A DNA stretch of 15,769 nucleotides from Methanobacteriota archaeon (GTDB taxonomy: Archaea > Thermoplasmatota > Thermoplasmata > SG8-5 > DAIRED01), in assembly GCA_043799545.1 (NCBI GenBank), contig JAZDNO010000007.1, positions 1-15,769 of the forward strand, written 5' to 3'. The notes below the pieces were generated by a model. It had not been told where the DNA came from, made no database searches, and saw only the letters and a program-made list of their open reading frames with translations. Shown in pieces: positions 12,501 to 15,769 of this stretch (its first letter is position 1; each line of letters begins with the position of its first letter). The translations under genes and the position numbers were made by a program.

Positions 12501-14889
12501 AGCATCGGCCGAGAAATTCTACGACCAGGAGGTCTGGCAGGAGAGACAGAAGGACATGGACGCCCAAGACGCTTCAGTCACATTCAGAGATTACATGTAC
12601 ACTTTGCGTTTCTCCAGCTACCAGAAAGTCATCACGATAGCCAAGGCTTCCACCTTGGAAGTGAAGATATGGGGCGACCCCAGCGACGACCTGGACCTGG
12701 CGGTCTTCTATGATGTGAATGAGAACGGGGTCTGTGACGACCCGAAGGAGGTCGTCAGGAGCGGCGATTACGGCATCGGAGTGGAGACCTATTGCGACTG
12801 GTCCATGGGCGGATATGCCGGATGCGCGGACGGAGACAGCAACGAGGGCCTCAAGCTAATCCTCCCGCCTGACGGGCAGTATATCATCGCAGTCTATGGC
12901 TGGGGTGTAAAGACAGGAGGGTTGGAGGGCGAAGGGAGCCCGGCCCACTTTGACATGGATATCAGCATGATAGTCGCGGGCGTGGAGGGATACGAGCTAT
13001 CCGGCGGTCCAGGAGCGGACCTGGATTCCAAGAAGAGCAGCTACATGTCGAACGAGTCCACAACTGCTTACTTGCCCCAGACATTCACGGTGCTGTGGAA
13101 CTTCCCAGCCGATGCCACAGACGGAGAATACAGCGGCATGATGTACCTCGGGCCCGCGAACGTGCAGGATGGAATACTCGCGATTCTGGTCAATGTAATA
13201 CTGGACAGGGAAGCGCCGGTCCTGAAGGACCCGACCCCGGCGGAGTACACCATCACAAACAATCCCACGCCCTGGATAACTTGCAACCTGGAGGACGTGG
13301 AGCGCGGTGAAATCGACGTGAATTCCATCGCCATATCCGTGGATGGCACCGACGTGACGCACATCGCGAACATCGCAGTGCCGTTCGTCGCGGATGGCGG
13401 CGGCACAGGCTATCCCAGGGGATCGATTGTTTACACCCCCTACAAGCCGTTGACTGACGGAGGCCACCGTGTGGACTTCTCCTTCAGCGACTGGGCCGGC
13501 AACGTCGAGACCGACACCTGGCTGTTCACCGTCGACAGGTTCGCCCCTTCGATAAAGATACTGTCGCCAAACAAAGAAACGACTGTCACTGGCGAAAACG
13601 AAATATCGATTCTCGGGATGACGGACAGCAACGCCGAAGTCAGCATCTATTGCGGGGCGGTACAAGTTGTCCCGAAGCTTCAGCCCAATGGCACATTTAC
13701 GGCCACCGCGCCCCTTGTCGAGGGCGAGAACGAGGTGAGGGTCATCTCGAAGGATAAAGCGGGAAACGAGGGAGTCGAAACCTTCTCCGTCATCTGGGAC
13801 AACAGCGTACCGAGGATAACATCCGCGATTTCCTCTGTGGGTTCAATGACAAATGCAGAAACGGCGGTCATTTCCGGCAAGGTCAGCCAGGACGGCACGC
13901 TGGCCATCAACGGCAACATGGTCAATGTCATGAAGGGAGACCTGTCATTCGAAAGCCTCGTGGCGTTGTCTGAAGGACAAAACGTGATAAGACTCGACTT
14001 CGTTGATCTCAAGGGATTCGAGACTACCACATGGAAGAACATCACCAGGGACACCATCGCGCCTGAGGTGACCCTCAGGTCGCCCACGGGATATGTCTAC
14101 AGCAGAACATACAACGTGACTGGTTCGGCAGACGGCGCCTCAAGCGTATTCGTCAACGGCAAGACGGCGATTCTTACCGGAGACAACTTCGGCAAGGAAG
14201 TCGTGCTGAGCAACGGAGCGAACACCATCGTGGTCGAGTGCCGGGATTCTGCGGGAAACTCCGAGTTCCGCACCATTTCCGTGAGCTACCTGCCGACCCC
14301 GACAAACTGGGGGGCTATCGGGCTGATGATCGGACTGCTCGCGATTGGCCTAATCGTAGGAGTCGTCATGTGGATGTTCTTAGGTCCCAAGGGCGAGAAG
14401 GCTCCAGTCCCTGGGGAGGAAGGCGCGATAGCGACCGGGGAAGAGCCTGCGTCGGAGACCGCGGCGGATTCTGGAGACGTGCCGCCCGAGGGAGCGGATG
14501 AAGTGCCGCCCGTAGAACCCGAAACGGAGGCAATCCAACAAATCGAGGAGCCCGCGCTGGATGACGGACAAAAGGTCGCCGAGGCCGAGGAAATCGAGTT
14601 CCCGACAGAGAGTGCGACAACCGACCTGCCGCCCATACCCGCGGAGGAATCGATGCCGGAGGAGCTGCCTGCTCCCGAAATCGCACCGGAACCGGCCGCA
14701 GAGGCCGCCCCAGCGCCGGAGCCTGCGCCAGCCCCCGAACCGAAGCCGGCGCCCGAGCCTGCACCGCCCGTGCAGCCGAAGGCGTCCCTGGCGAACGAGG
14801 AGAAGATTGCCCGTCTGAAGAAGGCGCTCGAAAGCGGCAAGATATCCCAGGAGATGTACGACCTGAACCTGAAGAAGCTCCAGGGCTAG
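6586..14889 (+). CDS. Giant membrane-anchored S8 subtilase homologue (pyrolysin-like large-insert type), predicted catalytically inactive (nucleophile Ser->Asp), 2767 aa
   Basis: The signal peptide is MLELKNRYAAMILACLVIVSGLSIG. S8 motifs are VAVADSGVD (D198, 7177-7179), LHGTLCASAIAG (H903, 9292-9294), IVSNSFG, VSAGNEG (N1018), FSGRGP, PDVIAIG, WEGTDIAAPIAAGTLAL (Asp1112 at the Ser position, 9919-9921) and QGAGFINA. The C-terminus has Ig-like repeats, a TM helix and an acidic tail. Confidence 0.96.
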   Translation: MLELKNRYAAMILACLVIVSGLSIGIGHSSTPSNDRTTESDVLHPLDRPQQVAGIDMDQETAIETMPKSALSLPSGEFVTVVVATKDAGELARFLSKYSYSGNIGSRSDGAGSLATPVLTVPSESIEGISSLPSTMGVYEYQPKVKQPVLPPSKTDFVGPVGGINSVDFDQGIVQHHNADDAWAAGITGSGVKVAVADSGVDFATPDLFGSQATFDVSKVKADILANKSYLKEYDGWPIAFDESSMENYLAKKGDATGTWYADTSARRTPIPLKVFDSTKTITVDGNPADWSSADLVASDPSGDMTDVRYDVTSLYALRNSATAIWNFGFDVMGTTNVNVTYNLAIDTDMAPGQGATKDPLGRPVRFADGCLPDKMITVTHTPSDTFENAWFYQWNGAEWDMTASYSFDLLFFAEYAYNPALKFAEFGVIGDQSGGSFRDQFSLPTDKIQVILYTASETSHAQDTVPSDPAVIYTTPDLTASITKLSTPVTLSPYPASYIQYGTNIYNVTGITSISGIYHIGYHPDKNMQTELFSGKAMAILAVDAVVSGEYDTVYVDMSGDVGFSPGDMDASFSNEKPCTRDDPVAYYDSYNFASDTADYSKWNTGDGIPDLSGGMIYFIGNSTEVKNEWVVTPTENGTNTAKLAHGNISTPDECVLYKNGAKWEFTEVTGEMVIVAAGGEKKAKLDYKNVATGTLVLFGSNISVKNDLLFEQGSTVSNTILLKRKGVTAFNTFDLYYKPKNESQPRREMAGSEYQILYDMGIKTWKLILTGTFFEGDQYFAYYNFTGTMVDGVDYDKDLSKGDILLTEPLIARTIITADYWWRPYVVDLLSGNLTFTFYLKIGDNITATYQYGTTPIPYSDSYCKRLGLDNYYPGKGNVVALIGEFDRTVDENLEDIGELHGTLCASAIAGGSSSSQLYVNSVFKGAFNQPKGIAPDCDIIAIANIYKTEGYEFWYFSVEGYDGAPGTGDEANIVSNSFGQSKTYNDGWDFESRLIDYLTMDYAKGQTVFTVSAGNEGYGYGTVTAPASSPGVISAGAATDMYYRLLLNEDGGENPMFGDVSPFSGRGPGGMGTPDPDVIAIGDKAVGSLPLYLANSDGKRAISIWEGTDIAAPIAAGTLALVYQAYAQKHSGKYPTALEAHAILKSTADNINYDIFSQGAGFINADRATNAALGTDGLVVSPSSWVPGTYQGAKTDVFTNVMQPGTSNITTIQVANCDLVSDATANVHDDIFKKIGTYEYTWGTGGQLNNKNESWEVVNRDSLGQNASYWDQAQMVKVTAHINSMDMDPSNDLYPDSGYYMRLFNWEDLNGNGVPDQDWTDGTGYTHVAHGERNQIAFSEGRNIMETIVHDPNQRIATGLLVSIIPDGSNIQWLNFTVSVDFYMRVDWSWLNVQNSLIVPAGTTRGLPLTITVPSNAGIGTYEGAVYLDHDAQTVSDEVVYNASMHPTYTEKVYNTTNRIANLSQGDFTGLELYKHKAGSFNSLTNKSVFNNDSVAYSPTGTEVTPWGFFLPLPYGEIINTTFLAFFIPGDTVYDALEIADFTVDLTTGYVEFTDPNWDDPLNNNGISEFYAWYEYADVTSAYTPDGSEVAPWGFYLPLPYGEITNYTYLAYNIPGDNIYNATSIANYTVNLTTGFVEFTSALWNDPLNNYGITEFYAWYEYGVSALLPSVNYTFYPANGTIILSAADALQPGNYLTAVRWNIPTSALGHGNVILGTCIVSANGIALNINQFSITPSTGVITFSNLDHETTLITATYNYYAHTVTIPVAVTVSTVGSDFRLGGPTTISQDLYNNSQMGGGAWDLTDGGDWRIYYVYIPQQGLFVKGDGYKLIVDVSWRAIPTDIEIFIYGAGEGDEFSTSNPDRYGPYTLADVGKSQMPSGSQGFYTTTGGNEEIITGQLKGGLNLIVLHCTNINGTKTSEEFSGVGGWISTSSAKVEARTREIKGNVSMTMRSSMSWPLGSKASILGPASAEKFYDQEVWQERQKDMDAQDASVTFRDYMYTLRFSSYQKVITIAKASTLEVKIWGDPSDDLDLAVFYDVNENGVCDDPKEVVRSGDYGIGVETYCDWSMGGYAGCADGDSNEGLKLILPPDGQYIIAVYGWGVKTGGLEGEGSPAHFDMDISMIVAGVEGYELSGGPGADLDSKKSSYMSNESTTAYLPQTFTVLWNFPADATDGEYSGMMYLGPANVQDGILAILVNVILDREAPVLKDPTPAEYTITNNPTPWITCNLEDVERGEIDVNSIAISVDGTDVTHIANIAVPFVADGGGTGYPRGSIVYTPYKPLTDGGHRVDFSFSDWAGNVETDTWLFTVDRFAPSIKILSPNKETTVTGENEISILGMTDSNAEVSIYCGAVQVVPKLQPNGTFTATAPLVEGENEVRVISKDKAGNEGVETFSVIWDNSVPRITSAISSVGSMTNAETAVISGKVSQDGTLAINGNMVNVMKGDLSFESLVALSEGQNVIRLDFVDLKGFETTTWKNITRDTIAPEVTLRSPTGYVYSRTYNVTGSADGASSVFVNGKTAILTGDNFGKEVVLSNGANTIVVECRDSAGNSEFRTISVSYLPTPTNWGAIGLMIGLLAIGLIVGVVMWMFLGPKGEKAPVPGEEGAIATGEEPASETAADSGDVPPEGADEVPPVEPETEAIQQIEEPALDDGQKVAEAEEIEFPTESATTDLPPIPAEESMPEELPAPEIAPEPAAEAAPAPEPAPAPEPKPAPEPAPPVQPKASLANEEKIARLKKALESGKISQEMYDLNLKKLQG
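7426..8061 (+). other. DOMON/CBM9-like beta-sandwich inserted within the S8 domain
   Basis: ITVDGNPADWSSADLVASDPSGD...DVTSLYALRN...WNFGFDV...YNLAIDTD...G...FAEFGV...F has the 'iDG...dW...D..gD...Di..l.......l.f......y.l.iDtD' pattern of DOMON-like ligand-binding domains. The assignment is by motif resemblance. Confidence 0.6.
11080..11580 (+). repeat. Intragenic tandem duplication, 258-nt (86-aa) period, two 81-aa copies (11080-11322 and 11338-11580)
   Basis: AYSPTGTEVTPWGFFLPLPYGEI...EFYAWYEY versus AYTPDGSEVAPWGFYLPLPYGEI...EFYAWYEY. Hand alignment is ungapped with 56/81 identical residues. Confidence 0.95.
13204..14292 (+). repeat. Four tandem Ig-like stalk domains (glucodextranase domain-B-like)
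   Basis: Each begins D-x-x-x-P: DREAP (13204), DRFAP (13534), DNSVP (13798), DTIAP (14050). Shared features are L-x-x-G-x-N/H-x-[IV] and D-x-x-G-N/F motifs. Confidence 0.8.
14308..14382 (+). other. C-terminal transmembrane helix
   Basis: WGAIGLMIGLLAIGLIVGVVMWMFL, 25 uncharged residues followed by GPKGEK. Confidence 0.9.
14668..14769 (+). repeat. Pro/Ala/Glu low-complexity repeats (PAPEP-like) in the cytoplasmic tail
   Basis: PAPEIAPEPAAEAAPAPEPAPAPEPKPAPEPAPP. Confidence 0.9.
14794..14886 (+). other. SHOCT-like short C-terminal helical domain
   Basis: NEEKIARLKKALESGKISQEMYDLNLKKLQG fits the SHOCT pattern (L-x-x-L-x-x-G-x-I-[ST]-x-E-x-[FY]). Confidence 0.75.
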
Positions 14890-14927
14890 GCAATCGACGG
14901 AACGACAGCCTGAAACATCGGAAAACC

Positions 14928-15056
14928 TTTTTCAAATCCTTTGGTTTTTACATTTTCCAAATCAATGCAAGTGAGCTTTTTTCGGAATCGATTTTATCGG
15001 ATTGGGGTGAACCCCCAGCTACAATTGGAAACTGTGTGAAATCAAGGTGGTTTTTT
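14928..15056 (+). terminator. Oligo-T tracts, candidate archaeal intrinsic terminator(s) for the 2767-aa gene
   Basis: T5 at 14928, T5 at 14945, T6 at 14977 and T6 at 15051, downstream of the stop at 14889. Confidence 0.45.
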
Positions 15057-15127
15057 CGTCATTTTACCAGCGTGATGAGGCGACTTCTAGGGGTTCATTT
15101 TGTTTAGCAAACTTCTCGTGAGCTTGG

Positions 15128-15526
15128 CTACTTTTTCTTTTTCCCCATCAGGTAGATTATCGCCTCGGCGGGCTCCCCGCCGGACTCGATTAAGGCTGCG
15201 CGCGCCTCCTCCTCCGAGACGTTCGCCTGCCCGGCAACCAGCTCCACGTCCTCCTGGTTGACGCTCGGCCCGGACTGGGCGGGCACCGATGACTGTCCGC
15301 CCCCGGAGCCGCGCTCCCGCACTTCCTCGCCTTCGCCCGCGATTTGGTAGGTCTTCTGGCCCTTCATCGAAACCACAGTGACCTGCGGAGCCAGGACGAC
15401 GATGTCCTTGTCCTTCGTGCGGATGATGACCTCGTCGACGTCCTTCATCTCGGTGGTCTCGATACCCATCCGCTTCATCGCCATCTGCATCTGGCGCGGG
15501 TTAACTCCTCGCATACCTGGCATCAT
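15128..15526 (-). CDS. nac: Nascent polypeptide-associated complex protein (archaeal NAC), 132 aa
   Basis: MMPGMRGVNPRQMQMAMKRMGIETTEMKDVDEVIIRT...TYQIAG is the NAC domain, and VNQEDVELVAGQANVSEEEARAALIESGGEPAEAIIYL is the UBA-like domain. The true start is the ATG-ATG at 15526, not 15682. Confidence 0.96.
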   Translation of the reverse strand: MMPGMRGVNPRQMQMAMKRMGIETTEMKDVDEVIIRTKDKDIVVLAPQVTVVSMKGQKTYQIAGEGEEVRERGSGGGQSSVPAQSGPSVNQEDVELVAGQANVSEEEARAALIESGGEPAEAIIYLMGKKKK

Positions 15527-15556
15527 CGTATCGCTTCGAGTGTAAAGGTTGACGGC

Positions 15557-15570
15557 ATTTAACGGTTGCT
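15557..15570 (-). promoter_or_regulatory. Candidate BRE/TATA for nac
   Basis: The minus strand reads AGCAACCG-TTAAAT about 31 nt upstream of ATG 15526, consistent with a nearly leaderless transcript. Confidence 0.5.
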
Positions 15571-15734
15571 GTCGAGCCATACTAGAGGTTGAAAAATGGG
15601 TTATTGATAATGCAGCCTGGCCCACGGGCCATGTACGGTCGAGGCGAGCTGGCGAGGGCGAGCCTTTTGGGATACCATACAACTTTTCCGCGAGCCCGAG
15701 CCGGAGAGCCTAGGCAGGAAAAGGGGTTGAGCGG

Positions 15735-15749
15735 GAAAAGGTTTAATTA
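15735..15749 (+). promoter_or_regulatory. Candidate BRE/TATA for a plus-strand gene starting beyond the window
   Basis: GAAAAGG-TTTAATTA, about 20 nt from the window end. Confidence 0.5.
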
Positions 15750-15769
15750 CGATGCCACGATTAACCGCC

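Noticed and set aside
6586-14889. Calling the GTD gene a pseudogene or a sedolisin (S53)
   Set aside because: The ORF is intact over 8.3 kb with signal peptide and anchor. Sedolisins still use a Ser nucleophile and have Glu in place of His, whereas this protein keeps HGT and lacks the Ser.
6886-14935. Alternate-frame and antisense ORFs inside the 2767-aa gene (e.g. 9402..10466 +, 9463..10437 -, 12997..13665 -, 14286..14840 -, 14366..14935 -)
   Set aside because: These are shadow ORFs of a GC-rich coding region. The 14286..14840 ORF merely mirrors the Pro/Ala/Glu low-complexity tail.
15072-15121. Possible C/D-box sRNA (C box GTGATGA at 15072-15078)
   Set aside because: There is no CTGA D or D' box at suitable spacing (only CTAG and GTGA), and no C' box.
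15527-15682. 52-aa N-terminal extension of nac in the ORF track (start 15682)
   Set aside because: NAC homology begins at MMPGMRG (15526), and a TATA-like element lies inside the supposed extension.
1-15769. tRNA, rRNA, CRISPR arrays, IS elements or inteins
   Set aside because: None was recognisable. About 95% of the window is explained by three CDSs. The large protease inserts lack intein signatures (N-terminal C/S with C-terminal HN, LAGLIDADG motifs).

Overview
The window is archaeal DNA, most likely Thermoplasmata. This is inferred from the archaeal-type NAC gene, TATA/BRE promoters and the protein architectures. It holds three real genes. (1) A giant minus-strand secreted S8 subtilase of the Kp43 type (<1..6330, at least 2110 aa). 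It is missing from the supplied ORF track because its stop lies outside the window. Its D287/H319/S535 triad is intact and is followed by a jelly-roll domain, an Ig domain, an Asp-box propeller, FN3, nested beta-domains and a duplicated 'GWN' C-terminal module. (2) Divergently transcribed across a 255-bp AT-rich spacer, a 2767-aa membrane-anchored S8 homologue of the pyrolysin-like large-insert type. It keeps D198, H903 and oxyanion N1018, but the nucleophile Ser is replaced by Asp (GTDIAAP), so it is a predicted pseudoprotease. It carries about 700 aa inserted between catalytic Asp and His, nested 'Russian-doll' beta-modules, a low-GC 86-aa tandem duplication, four Ig-like stalk domains, a TM helix, a Pro/Glu-rich cytoplasmic tail and a SHOCT-like end. 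(3) A convergent nascent polypeptide-associated complex gene (nac). The most interesting signal is the head-to-head pair of an active protease and a dead, membrane-tethered protease scaffold sharing a dyad-symmetric TATA region. All residue numbers, counts and GC values were obtained by hand.
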